From assembly GCA_046496795.1 (NCBI GenBank), contig JAWOGM010000054.1:558-64557 (forward strand): a DNA stretch of 64,000 bases, given 5' to 3'. A program made the position numbers and the translations under genes. The stretch comes from Thermoplasmatota archaeon (GTDB lineage Archaea; Thermoplasmatota; E2; DHVEG-1). The notes under the pieces are model-generated. The model did no database searches, was not told where the DNA came from, and saw only the letters and a program-made list of their open reading frames with translations. Positions 10,372 to 20,465 of the stretch are shown in pieces; positions within the stretch are counted from its first letter, which is position 1, and each line of letters begins with the position of its first letter.

Positions 10372-11850
10372 CTAAATAATATGAAAGAGCGATACTGATC
10401 TTACACCTAAAAATTTATTTATTCTTAAAGCGAGATTCTGTTTGGGCATTGTCACGGTAAGCTCTGCCCACTCACTTACAGCACCTAGGTTGTCTTTTGC
10501 TTTTGCACGTATCAAAAATGTCCCCTGCTCCCCCCAACTATGGGGAAGAACCATATTTTCTCCTGAATTAAACGGCCCCATCCATTCACTTGTTGTTGTA
10601 TCACCCCAATCCACAAGATAATAAATATCATCCCCTTCAGGATCAGTTGTCGTAAACGTATATTGATAATGCTTGCCTGCAGTCCCGTTTGTTTGGCCAG
10701 TAATCTGCGGAGGTAACGGAGGCATATTATCAAAAATCACCAGTGTTTTCACCCTGTATCCCTCAAGATTATTATAACCACAAGTAACAATTATTCCATC
10801 TGAACCAAATTCACCTTCAGTTACTGTATCGTCCTCAAAAAAAGGAGCTGTAATAGTTATCTCATAAAACCCATCATTATTAGTAGTGGTATCCCAACTA
10901 TCTGCAGTTCTAGGTAGGCAAATGGTAATATCGCCACCTGAAATTACATTATTGTATTCATCGGTAGCATACCCCGATATATGCACATCTTGACCAATAA
11001 ATGCTTTAGAAGGGACAATCTGTTGTGTTAGATGAATTGGTTGAATCGCATGAGAATAGGATTCCAGATATAAATCCATTTCAAAACCATTACTTTTCTG
11101 TCCTTGATCAACAACTGATTTAACAATGTTACCAACTTCAGGGGAATACCAAAAGGTATTTGAACCATATGTCACCGGGAAACACTCAAAATCACCTGCA
11201 GGAACACTAACAGTTTCTTTTTCTAAACATGAAATAATCACATTAAATTGTTCTGTACTAGAGTAATCCTCCTGGATAAAACCCTCTATTTCAAATGAAC
11301 CTGAAGTAATAATAGTTGAGCTTACCTGCCACTGCTCAGACACATGTAATGGAAAATCATACAGTTCAACAGGTGGAAATAACAGATTTAAATTAGCCAA
11401 GGTATATGACGGATTAATAAGCGGGATTTGTATAGTACCCGTAGAAATTATCTCTGTTTTTATCTCTGCAAGATCAGACATACGAATATAGCTAACACCC
11501 TGGATTACTCCATTGAGATTAGCAGAATACACATCCCAAGTAATAACACCGGAGATATCCCCGCTTATCCCCAATTCATAGACAACATAGCTTTCATCAC
11601 CATGAACAAGAGTAGTAATATCCACTACCTGTCGTTTAAAATTGTTAATAGCCCCAATAAACGAAAAATCATCTCCAATAAAGGAGACCGGATCTGCAGT
11701 ATATATCCATTCATCACCCAAATACCATGTTGGGATATCGCAACTGTTTTCTATCATCACAGAAGAATACAGTGCCCCGGTAGGGAAACAATACATGCTG
11801 AAGAGTAAAAAAATTAGTAGGATCGCAAATACATTTTGTCGTTTCTTTAT
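10372..11850 (-). CDS. Secreted protein with C-terminal PKD-like domain; probable ATA start
   Basis: In-frame signal peptide KKRQNVFAILLIFLLFS lies upstream of ATG 11796. GGAGG sits 7 nt before ATA 11850. DPEGDDIYYLVDWGD PKD motif. Confidence 0.75.
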   Translation of the reverse strand: MKKRQNVFAILLIFLLFSMYCFPTGALYSSVMIENSCDIPTWYLGDEWIYTADPVSFIGDDFSFIGAINNFKRQVVDITTLVHGDESYVVYELGISGDISGVITWDVYSANLNGVIQGVSYIRMSDLAEIKTEIISTGTIQIPLINPSYTLANLNLLFPPVELYDFPLHVSEQWQVSSTIITSGSFEIEGFIQEDYSSTEQFNVIISCLEKETVSVPAGDFECFPVTYGSNTFWYSPEVGNIVKSVVDQGQKSNGFEMDLYLESYSHAIQPIHLTQQIVPSKAFIGQDVHISGYATDEYNNVISGGDITICLPRTADSWDTTTNNDGFYEITITAPFFEDDTVTEGEFGSDGIIVTCGYNNLEGYRVKTLVIFDNMPPLPPQITGQTNGTAGKHYQYTFTTTDPEGDDIYYLVDWGDTTTSEWMGPFNSGENMVLPHSWGEQGTFLIRAKAKDNLGAVSEWAELTVTMPKQNLALRINKFLGVRSVSLFHII

Positions 11851-11999
11851 GATAATTCCTCCCGTTTTAACGATAATAATATGATGATCTATATATAAAT
11901 CTTTGTTGTTTTTCTAAAGATTCTTTTCAAGAGATATATCAGACAGTAATCTATCAGTTAAAAAATAGAAAAGAGAGCTTATATCATTAGAGAACAGGG

Positions 12000-13448
12000 T
12001 TATATCTGTTGTAATATTTGTAGAATAAACTTGTAGAATTCATTCACAGTACTGATATGAACCTGTTCCTCAGGAGAATGTGGATATTTAATAGTTGGTC
12101 CAATAGAGACCATATCCATGCCGGGAAATTTCTCACCGATAATACCACATTCAAGACCTGCGTGAATTGCTTCGACAACAGGCTCTTTATGATACTTCTC
12201 TTTATAGATTTTTTTTGAAAGATTTAAAATTTTGGAATCCAAATTAGGCTTCCAACCAGGATATGGCTCCTCCTCAGAAACCTCTGCTCCTGCAAGTGTC
12301 GCAGCAGCTTTAATTCGATCACGAAAGTCCTGTAAAGCAGACATAATTGAACTGCGAGAACTCAGACCAATATGAACAACATCGTCTTTTACTACTACTG
12401 TCGCAAGATTTGTTGATGTTTCAACAAGTCCTTTGATATCATAACTCATTTTATCAACACCGTGGGGAAGAGCATGAAGCAAATTCAACACCGTATTCTG
12501 GGATTTCTTATCAAAAACAGAAGAAATCGCTTCGCCCTGCTTAATTTCGACGGACAAATTTGGATCAATAGGTTTAATTTCATCAAGAATGTCTTTTCCT
12601 TGGGTTTTAATATGTGATGTGAAATCACTAACTTGTTTTTTATTAATTAACACCGTTGCATATGCCTCTCGAGGTATGGCGTTATGTTTATCTCCGCCTT
12701 TTATGTTAGCAAGATGGAACTCAAAGCTTTTTGATGCCTTCCAAAGCAGACGAGATAAAACCTTTATTGCATTTCCTCTCTGCTCATGAGCATCAACACC
12801 GGAATGACCGCCACGTAACCCAGAGATATTAACTACAAGACTAGCTAGATCATCTGAAATCCTCTGTCTTTTTATAGGTAACTTAATTTTTGAATCACCA
12901 CCACCAGCACAGCCAACGGTCAGCACGCCCCAATCCTCACTATCAAGATTTAACAAAATTTTACCTTTGAGCATATCTGACTTCAACGCAAAAGCACCAG
13001 TCAATCCTGTTTCCTCATCAATGGTAAAAAGACATTCCAACGGACCATGTTTTAAGGCGGTATCTTCCAAAATTGCAAGAGATGCTGCTACACCAATACC
13101 ATTATCAGCACCTAATGTTGTCCCATCAGCCGCAAGAACATCACCATCACGTTTCAACTGTATAGCATCCTTTGAAAAATCAAAATTGACATCACTGTTT
13201 TTTTCACACACCATATCCAGATGACCCTGTAAAATAACAATAGGTTTTTTTTCCATCCCGGATGTTCCAGGTTTTGATATGACAATATTACCAATATCAT
13301 CAGTCTTATACCTTAGTTTATGAGTTTTAGCGAAATCTTCAACATATTTTCGTATTTTTTCTTCATGTTTTGAACAACGAGGGATTTTTCTTATTTCATC
13401 AAAATGTTTCCAAACAGCCTTAGGTTCAAGATTTGTAATAACTGACAT
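12000..13448 (-). CDS. pepD: Aminoacyl-histidine dipeptidase (peptidase M20)
   Basis: QGHLDMVCEK, GTTLGADNGIG, DEETGL, NLDSED, GGHSG, IHAGLECG, HSPEE. Confidence 0.93.
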   Translation of the reverse strand: MSVITNLEPKAVWKHFDEIRKIPRCSKHEEKIRKYVEDFAKTHKLRYKTDDIGNIVISKPGTSGMEKKPIVILQGHLDMVCEKNSDVNFDFSKDAIQLKRDGDVLAADGTTLGADNGIGVAASLAILEDTALKHGPLECLFTIDEETGLTGAFALKSDMLKGKILLNLDSEDWGVLTVGCAGGGDSKIKLPIKRQRISDDLASLVVNISGLRGGHSGVDAHEQRGNAIKVLSRLLWKASKSFEFHLANIKGGDKHNAIPREAYATVLINKKQVSDFTSHIKTQGKDILDEIKPIDPNLSVEIKQGEAISSVFDKKSQNTVLNLLHALPHGVDKMSYDIKGLVETSTNLATVVVKDDVVHIGLSSRSSIMSALQDFRDRIKAAATLAGAEVSEEEPYPGWKPNLDSKILNLSKKIYKEKYHKEPVVEAIHAGLECGIIGEKFPGMDMVSIGPTIKYPHSPEEQVHISTVNEFYKFILQILQQI

Positions 13449-13585
13449 ATATCAAATTACCTCCCTAATAGAGAAAATCAGACAAGTAATATTGCCCTTA
13501 CATAAAAGATTTCCCACAAAATCCTTTAAATAATAGCCATACTATTAACCAAAAAAAACAGATTATTTGGAGGCAATGATTTTTT

Positions 13586-14371
13586 ATGGACTGGGGAATG
13601 AAAAACCGGATAAACAAAATAATCAATCCAAAAGATGGTCATACGGTAATGCTTGCTGTGGATCACGGATATTTTATGGGGCCAACCACAGGACTTGAGA
13701 ACATAAAAACTGTGACAGATCCGCTAATAAAATATGCAGATACGCTCATGCTTACCAGAGGTGCGCTTCGAAATTATATCGATCCTAAAACAACTATCCC
13801 AATAGTATTGCGTGTATCTGGTGGTACAAGTATTCTTAATGAAAACAACTTACTTCATGAAGGTATCGCCGTTGATATAGAGGATGCAATCAGGCTTAAT
13901 GCATCAGGAGTTGCGTTTTCTATTCTCGTCGGGCAAAGCTTTGAGCGAGATACAATTCTAGGAATGACGCAGTATATTGATAAATGCGAGCGTTATGGAA
14001 TACCAGTTCTTGCTGTGACTGCAGTGGGAAAAGGACTTGGCAAAGACGCGAAATATCTTTCTCTTGCAAGTAGAATGGCTGCAGAACTTGGTGCGCATAT
14101 TGTTAAAACATACTACTGCGAAAATTTTGAACGAGTAGTAGAAACCTGTCCTGTACCAATCGTTATTGCAGGTGGAAAAAAGATCCCTGAAAAAGAGTCA
14201 CTTCAAATGGCATATAATGCATTACAGTCAGGTGCCATAGGGGTAGATATGGGAAGAAACGTATTTCAGAGTACAAATCCAGTTGGAATGATAAAAGCAG
14301 TACAAGCAATTGTTCACAAGAAATATACCGCAAAAGAAGCGTATGAATTATTCACATCCTATAAGAAATAG
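13586..14371 (+). CDS. lsrF: LsrF/DhnA-type class I aldolase/thiolase
   Basis: MDWGMKNR, MLAVDHGYFMGPT, ELGAHIVKTYY, IAGGKK, DMGRN. Confidence 0.85.
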   Translation: MDWGMKNRINKIINPKDGHTVMLAVDHGYFMGPTTGLENIKTVTDPLIKYADTLMLTRGALRNYIDPKTTIPIVLRVSGGTSILNENNLLHEGIAVDIEDAIRLNASGVAFSILVGQSFERDTILGMTQYIDKCERYGIPVLAVTAVGKGLGKDAKYLSLASRMAAELGAHIVKTYYCENFERVVETCPVPIVIAGGKKIPEKESLQMAYNALQSGAIGVDMGRNVFQSTNPVGMIKAVQAIVHKKYTAKEAYELFTSYKK

Positions 14372-14429
14372 ATTTAAATAAAGCATAATGTTAATGGGCG
14401 ATAAAACAAAAATAATGAGGTAAGATAAA

Positions 14430-14987
14430 ATGATACTATTGATAGGTATATTTGTAATAATCCTTGTAGTATTTTTCCTGCTGATATACTGGGGATTTTT
14501 CAACAGAATCATCCGTATGGAAAACAGGATAGATAACAGCTGGGCGCAAATCGATGTACAACTCAAAAGAAGAGCAGATTTGATACCAAATCTCATCGAG
14601 GCAGTAAAAGGATATATGGTCCATGAAAGACAAGTACTTGAGAATGTAACTAAAGCACGCTCAGCATTAATTAACGCAAAAACACCACAAGAAAACATTG
14701 ATGCAGATAATATGCTTACCGGGGCATTAAAAACACTGTTTGCCGTATCAGAAAACTATCCAGACCTCAAAGCAAATCAAAACTTTCTAAACCTTCAAGA
14801 TGAACTAACAAACACAGAAAACAAAGTTGCATATTCTCGCCAGCATTACAACGACTCAGTACTTGCATATAACAATACTATTGAAACATTTCCAGGGCTT
14901 TGGTTTGCAAAAAGAATGGGTAAAAAACCCCGTGATATGCTTCAAATCCCAGAAGCAGATCGTGCTGTACCAAAAGTAAAATTCTAA
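14430..14987 (+). CDS. lemA: LemA family protein
   Basis: N-terminal TM, WAQIDVQLKRRADLIPNL, ENYPDLKANQNF. Confidence 0.93.
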   Translation: MILLIGIFVIILVVFFLLIYWGFFNRIIRMENRIDNSWAQIDVQLKRRADLIPNLIEAVKGYMVHERQVLENVTKARSALINAKTPQENIDADNMLTGALKTLFAVSENYPDLKANQNFLNLQDELTNTENKVAYSRQHYNDSVLAYNNTIETFPGLWFAKRMGKKPRDMLQIPEADRAVPKVKF

Positions 14988-15013
14988 AACCCATTTTTTT
15001 CTTTTGATTTCCC

Positions 15014-15925
15014 ATGACAAAAAAAATGCTTGTAGAAGATCATATTCGAAGAAATAAAAGAAATACAGTGATAGTGTGTACACTTATGGCCTTATTATTC
15101 ATCGTAGTAGTCTTTGCAATAGGATACATATTTTACCCTGCTAATCCAATGATAGCACTTATTTTTGCATTACCGATAGCACTTGTTTATGTTGGGGTGA
15201 CATATTCTTTTTCCGTTCAAGCAGTGCTTTCTGCTGCAAAAGCACGACCTGCAAACCCGAGACATCGTGAAGAAAAACTACTCATGCATCGTGTGGAAGA
15301 AATGAGTATTGCATCTGGTCTTCCCATTCCAAAAGTATATGTCCAAGACTCAGAATATATTAACGCCTTTGCAACAGGAAAAAACCTTGAAAACTCTGTT
15401 GTCTGCGTTACAACAGGTGCTCTTAAAAAACTTAATCAGGAGGAACTTACCGGAGTGATTGCTCATGAAATGAGCCATATCAAAAACTATGATATCCGCC
15501 TTGCTACTGTTACGATAGGTGTTGTTGGTGCAATCGCTCTTTTATCACAAATCCTTTTTTATTCGCTTTTTTGGGGAGGTGCAGGACAAGGACGTGGGAG
15601 AAACCAGGGTAATGCGATTTTAATGTTGATTGCAATCCTTTTTGTAATCCTAGCTCCAATCTTTGCAAGACTTACCTATCTAGCAATATCAAGAAAACGA
15701 GAGTATTTAGCTGATTCAAGCGGTGCTCATATGTCTCGTAATCCTGAAGGGCTTGCAAAAGCACTTGAAAAAATAAGACAAGATTCACCTAGAACACGAC
15801 CAGAAGGTTCAAAGACCGTTGCTCCTCTTTATATTGCAAACCCTTTCAAAGGCACATCAAGAAATTCTGTTTGGTCAACACATCCTCCAATTGAAGAAAG
15901 GATAAAACGGCTTAGATCAATGTAG
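15014..15925 (+). CDS. htpX: HtpX-like membrane zinc metalloprotease (M48)
   Basis: NAFATG, AHEMSH, SRKREYLAD, STHPPIEERI; follows lemA. Confidence 0.92.
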   Translation: MTKKMLVEDHIRRNKRNTVIVCTLMALLFIVVVFAIGYIFYPANPMIALIFALPIALVYVGVTYSFSVQAVLSAAKARPANPRHREEKLLMHRVEEMSIASGLPIPKVYVQDSEYINAFATGKNLENSVVCVTTGALKKLNQEELTGVIAHEMSHIKNYDIRLATVTIGVVGAIALLSQILFYSLFWGGAGQGRGRNQGNAILMLIAILFVILAPIFARLTYLAISRKREYLADSSGAHMSRNPEGLAKALEKIRQDSPRTRPEGSKTVAPLYIANPFKGTSRNSVWSTHPPIEERIKRLRSM

Positions 15926-15968
15926 CCTGATATTCTTTATTTATGACTCTTTTATATAGATACTTAAG

Positions 15969-16451
15969 TTAACGTTCTGATAGAATTATTTTTTGTTTCT
16001 TTTTGATATCTAATTTTTTTGGAACATCAAGTTGTGCTTTAACATACCAATCGATTCTTGAACTCAAACCTGAAAGAATGCGAACAGCTGTAGCTGCTTG
16101 GCCCAGTTTACCATCTAATGTTGGATTTGTTTGTAAAACATCATCTGGTATTTTAATTTCAAAAGAGTATTGTTCATCCTGATATTCTTTCTCACCTGAG
16201 ATAGGAATTTTAAAATCAAAAACTTTAAACGTACTGGTATGCCTGCTATGTCGATTTCTACCTGACATCATGGGTCCAACAGCAACACTACTTTGTCTGT
16301 CGACTCTGACTCCATAAAAAGAAACTTCAAGTTTTCTTGCAGAAGTTGGTTTTTTTAAATTTAACTTGACTTTTCCTGTTATTTTCTCTCCTGGGTTATA
16401 GTTATATTTATCTAGCATAAAAGTTATTTTTTCTGGCCCGAATAATCCCAT
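15969..16451 (-). CDS. Arrestin-N/SpoOM-like beta-sandwich protein
   Basis: YNPGEKITGKVKL...ARKLEVSFYG...YSFEIKIP...IDWYVKAQLDVP. Confidence 0.6.
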   Translation of the reverse strand: MGLFGPEKITFMLDKYNYNPGEKITGKVKLNLKKPTSARKLEVSFYGVRVDRQSSVAVGPMMSGRNRHSRHTSTFKVFDFKIPISGEKEYQDEQYSFEIKIPDDVLQTNPTLDGKLGQAATAVRILSGLSSRIDWYVKAQLDVPKKLDIKKKQKIILSER

Positions 16452-16565
16452 TTTTTTCTCTCTCCTGAATACTATTTAATCACGATATTATTTGATTAAT
16501 AATAAAAACTTGTCTATTGTCTTTGGTAAAAGCTATTAAATAGTTCTCAATAACAGTGAGATAGC

Positions 16566-17600
16566 ATGAGAAAAATGAAAGTTGCTATGTATTATAATAA
16601 CCATGATGTTCGAATAGAGAAACAAGACATCCCCGCAATATCAGATAATGAGCTATTGGTAAAAGTAATCGCAAGCGGTGTATGCGGCTCAGATGTCATG
16701 GAATGGTATCGGTTAAAAAAAGCACCTCTTGTATTAGGACATGAGATAGCGGGGATTGTTGAAAAAACAGGTAAAAATGTTACAAAATTCAAAAAAGGAG
16801 ATAGAGTTTTTGTTACGCATCACGTACCCTGCAATACCTGCGATTTTTGTAAGAAAGATCAACAAACCCTATGTCATACGCTTCATTCAACAAAATTTTA
16901 CCCAGGTGGTTTTGCTCAATATATACGCGTACCAGAAATCAATATTAGGTTTGGAACATTTAAACTGCCAGACAATGTCTCCTTTGATGAAGGAACATTT
17001 ATTGAACCTTTAGCATGTGCAGTAAGAGGTTTTAGAGTTGGAGAATATAGAAAAGGGCAATCAGTTCTTGTTCTAGGATCTGGTATGGCCGGTCTTCTCA
17101 ATATTAAACTTGCAAAAGCATATGGTGCTAAAAAAATATTTGCAACAGATATAGACAAATATAGACTTGATCTTGCTAAGAAAATAGGTGCAGATGTTGT
17201 AATACATGCAAAAGAGGATATAGTGGAACAAATAAAGAAAAACAACAATGAATGTCTTGTTGATTTTGTAATACTATGTGCAGGAGTTTCATCAGCTGTG
17301 AAACAAGCAATAGACTCAGTTGATTATGGAGGGACAATTCTATGGTTTGCAATGACGCCACCTGGAATCGAGATCCCCATTCCTTTTTTTGATCTCTGGA
17401 ATAAACAGGTAAAAACAATTTCAACCTATGCAGGAGCAGGAAAAGATATTACAGAAGCGATAAAACTAATTGAAACACAAAAAATAACCACACAAGACTT
17501 GATAAGCCATAAATTACCAATGAATCAAACACCTAAAGCATTCAAACTTGTCGCAGAGGCAAAACAATCAATGAAGGTTATTGTTGAGCCTCATCAATAA
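16566..17600 (+). CDS. Zn-dependent alcohol/polyol dehydrogenase (MDR family)
   Basis: CGSD, GHE, structural Zn CxxCxxC...C, GSGMAG. Confidence 0.9.
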   Translation: MRKMKVAMYYNNHDVRIEKQDIPAISDNELLVKVIASGVCGSDVMEWYRLKKAPLVLGHEIAGIVEKTGKNVTKFKKGDRVFVTHHVPCNTCDFCKKDQQTLCHTLHSTKFYPGGFAQYIRVPEINIRFGTFKLPDNVSFDEGTFIEPLACAVRGFRVGEYRKGQSVLVLGSGMAGLLNIKLAKAYGAKKIFATDIDKYRLDLAKKIGADVVIHAKEDIVEQIKKNNNECLVDFVILCAGVSSAVKQAIDSVDYGGTILWFAMTPPGIEIPIPFFDLWNKQVKTISTYAGAGKDITEAIKLIETQKITTQDLISHKLPMNQTPKAFKLVAEAKQSMKVIVEPHQ

Positions 17601-17742
17601 CATAAAATCACATCGTTTTTGTAGTTTAAGAAGTATTCACGTAAAACAGTATTTCTTACCGTTAATGATAATTTTTAGGTTTAAAAAAGATGGAAAAGAG
17701 GTATAAGTTTTTTATGGATAATTTGTTACACGTATTGTCCTT

Positions 17743-18630
17743 ATGAAAAAAACAAAAGCAATCTGGCAGCTCATGCGTCTTGAACATGGTATAATGATTT
17801 TTTTAGGAATATTAATAGGTTCGGTTATTGCATTAGGGGGCAAAGGCATTCCTTCATGGGATAAATTTATTCTCACGTTTTTTACTGCTTTGTTTTTAGA
17901 GGCAAGCACGTTTGCATTAAATGATTATTTCGATTATGAAATAGATAAAAAAAATCAGCGATATGACCGGCCTCTTGTGCGAGGGGACATTCAACCAAAA
18001 ACAGCCCTTTATTTATTTATAATTTTTTATCCTCTAGGGATTATTTGTGCATATTTTGTTAATATTGTTTGTTTTTTAATAGCGTTATTTACTGCTGTTT
18101 TTGCTGTTTTATATGATTCTCATATGAAACGTGTAAAATTTCTTGGTAATTTTTATGTTGCATATACCATGGCTATTCCTTTTGTTTTTGGAGGAGCTGC
18201 AGTACTTGAAGAAAACATATTAGCTTTAGATATTCACCCTGCAATTTTTATTATCGCCCTTATCGCTTTTTTTGCAGGATCGGGCAGAGAAATAATGAAA
18301 GATGTCCAGGATTACGAAGGAGATAAAGAAAAAGGAGTTCGATCGTTTCCAAAATATATTGGGAAAAGAAAATCAAATATGCTTGCAGCATTTTTTTATA
18401 TTATCGCTATAGCGTTAAGTTTTCTTCCCTTTTTTATGCAGCAGTATACAATCTATTATATGAATTTTGCATATTTAGTACCAATTTTATTGTGTGATAA
18501 TATGTTGCTTACAACTGCGCTTCAATTAATTTTCAAAGATGACCCAGATATGAAGTTGTATCGTAAAATTACACTGCTTGCTATTTTTATTGGACTTGTT
18601 GGTTTTCTATTAGGAGCGTTTCTAAGGTGA
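17743..18630 (+). CDS. UbiA prenyltransferase, digeranylgeranylglyceryl phosphate synthase-like
   Basis: NDYFDYEIDKKN...RPLVRG, REIMKDVQDYEGD, multiple TM helices. Confidence 0.85.
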   Translation: MKKTKAIWQLMRLEHGIMIFLGILIGSVIALGGKGIPSWDKFILTFFTALFLEASTFALNDYFDYEIDKKNQRYDRPLVRGDIQPKTALYLFIIFYPLGIICAYFVNIVCFLIALFTAVFAVLYDSHMKRVKFLGNFYVAYTMAIPFVFGGAAVLEENILALDIHPAIFIIALIAFFAGSGREIMKDVQDYEGDKEKGVRSFPKYIGKRKSNMLAAFFYIIAIALSFLPFFMQQYTIYYMNFAYLVPILLCDNMLLTTALQLIFKDDPDMKLYRKITLLAIFIGLVGFLLGAFLR

Positions 18631-18634
18631 TCTA

Positions 18635-19327
18635 ATGCAATATATTACCGATATCATAGGGGTTTTAGTGGTGTATATCTATGTCGCTGTTCTCTTAATC
18701 GTCACGGAAAAAATAATTGGAAAAAAATATCCTCTTATGAGTAGAAAAATACTTCATATTATGGTTGGAAATATTGCTTTTTTATTGCCTATCTTTCAAA
18801 CAAAGGAGATTATGGTATTTATCGCAGCTGGGCCATTCATTCTTTTTACCTATTTAATGTGTCCATATTCACCTATTCGTTCAATGAGAGGTAAGACATC
18901 TGAGGCAGGTCATGGTTTAGGGCTTGTATATTACGCAATTACCTGGATGATTCTATCCTATATCTTTTTTGATGATAAAGTAATAATTGCTATTGGGATA
19001 CTATCAATGTCTTATGGAGATGGATTTGCCTCTGTTATTGGATTGAAATATGGGAAAAACATCTATACAGTTTTTAATGATAAAAAAAGTTTTGAAGGCT
19101 CTATTGCTATGTTTATTTTTACCTTTGTTTTAATTATTATTGCTTTACTTTATTATAGCATACCGCTCTCTTCTACAATAATAGTTATTTTACTTGTCAT
19201 TTCTTTATTGGTCGCAATAATCGAAGGATGTACACCAAAAGGACTTGATAATTTATCAGTCCCCTTTGCAGCAGTATTTATCTACTGGTTGTTTTTGGAA
19301 TATAATATATTGGGGGCAATACTATGA
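18635..19327 (+). CDS. Dolichol/phytol kinase family (SEC59/VTE5) membrane kinase
   Basis: SRKILHIMVG, YGDGFASVIG, KKSFEGS, DNLSVP. Confidence 0.85.
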   Translation: MQYITDIIGVLVVYIYVAVLLIVTEKIIGKKYPLMSRKILHIMVGNIAFLLPIFQTKEIMVFIAAGPFILFTYLMCPYSPIRSMRGKTSEAGHGLGLVYYAITWMILSYIFFDDKVIIAIGILSMSYGDGFASVIGLKYGKNIYTVFNDKKSFEGSIAMFIFTFVLIIIALLYYSIPLSSTIIVILLVISLLVAIIEGCTPKGLDNLSVPFAAVFIYWLFLEYNILGAIL

Positions 19328-19899
19328 GATTAATTGTTGTTGATGGGTTAGATGGTGTTGGAAAAGATACCCATGCATTGCTTATAAGAAAAAGATATGA
19401 AGACAAAGGAGAACGTGTTGTTCTTCGATCCCATCCTGAATCTGATAATTATTTTGGAAGAAAAGCAAAAAAGGCTCTCTTAGGCGCCGGGAAAATTAAT
19501 CGTCTTATTGCCTCAATTTTTTATGCACTTGATGTTCTTCGTTCATTACGGCTTTACTACCGCCCCGATCAATATGATACAATTATTATTGTTCGTTATC
19601 TTATGGGAACAGCATATCTTCCAAGATCACTTGGACAATTCACATATTCCATTTTTAAGAAATTTGTTCCCACCTCGGATTATATGTTTTTCTTAGATGC
19701 TGAGCCGGAGGAATTGCTTCAGCGTATTTCTCTAAGATCAGAAAAAGAAATGTTTGAAACTCATGAAGCGCTTGTACGAGTGAGAAAAAAAGCTATTGAT
19801 TTAGCTAAGGGGTGGAATATTATTGATACAATGCAACCGATTGAAGATACCTTTTCGCGTATTGAGAAAGTATTAGATGTATTAGATTTAAAAACCTAG
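19324..19899 (+). CDS. Thymidylate-kinase-like nucleoside monophosphate kinase
   Basis: VDGLDGVGKDT P-loop; VRYLMGTAY in place of the usual DRY motif. Confidence 0.75.
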   Translation: MRLIVVDGLDGVGKDTHALLIRKRYEDKGERVVLRSHPESDNYFGRKAKKALLGAGKINRLIASIFYALDVLRSLRLYYRPDQYDTIIIVRYLMGTAYLPRSLGQFTYSIFKKFVPTSDYMFFLDAEPEELLQRISLRSEKEMFETHEALVRVRKKAIDLAKGWNIIDTMQPIEDTFSRIEKVLDVLDLKT

Positions 19900-19993
19900 A
19901 TGACGTCTGTCATCAAATAAATAATAATTTTTATTATTATTTTTTCTATTTTAATAATAAAATATTTATACCATTAAATCAATATAATTATAC

Positions 19994-20056
19994 TGGATGG
20001 GGAACTAACTTTTCTCTCTCCTCACCATCTCCTCCACATTTCCCCATCCAACATTT
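19994..20056 (+). ncRNA. Candidate small RNA: 11-bp stem with 35-nt pyrimidine-rich loop
   Basis: TGGATGGGGAA (19994-20004) pairs perfectly with TTCCCCATCCA (20040-20050). TTTATA box at 19965-19970 and a T-run downstream. Lies between convergent genes. Confidence 0.45.
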
Positions 20057-20464
20057 TCAACAAACCAATTTTTTGACCAATTCAGCAAAACAAGGAACTG
20101 TATTTACCGTGCTAACATCTGAAGGTTTTACCCATAAAAAATCAGTATGTTCCCAATTAAGAGTAATTTTATCTCTATCGTTTATCTGAAACAAAAAAGG
20201 GTGAACTATCCACTCATACAATTTACCTTCATAATTATCTTCAAAAGAAAAAACATCTCCTCTTTTAACAAAAAAGAAATCTTGTTTATGCAATCCAACC
20301 TCTTCTTTAATTTCTTTTATTGCAGTCTGCAAAGCATCTTCATTATCCTCAATGTAACCAGTAACACCAATCCATAAACCACCATACGTAGCTACATCTA
20401 AACTACGTTTCAATACAAGTATTTTCCCTCTATTTTCCAATATGCAAGAAACAATATTTGCCAT
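20057..20464 (-). CDS. NUDIX hydrolase
   Basis: GYIEDNEDALQTAIKEIKEEVGL Nudix box, LNWEH. Confidence 0.88.
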   Translation of the reverse strand: MANIVSCILENRGKILVLKRSLDVATYGGLWIGVTGYIEDNEDALQTAIKEIKEEVGLHKQDFFFVKRGDVFSFEDNYEGKLYEWIVHPFLFQINDRDKITLNWEHTDFLWVKPSDVSTVNTVPCFAELVKKLVC

Positions 20465-20465
20465 A

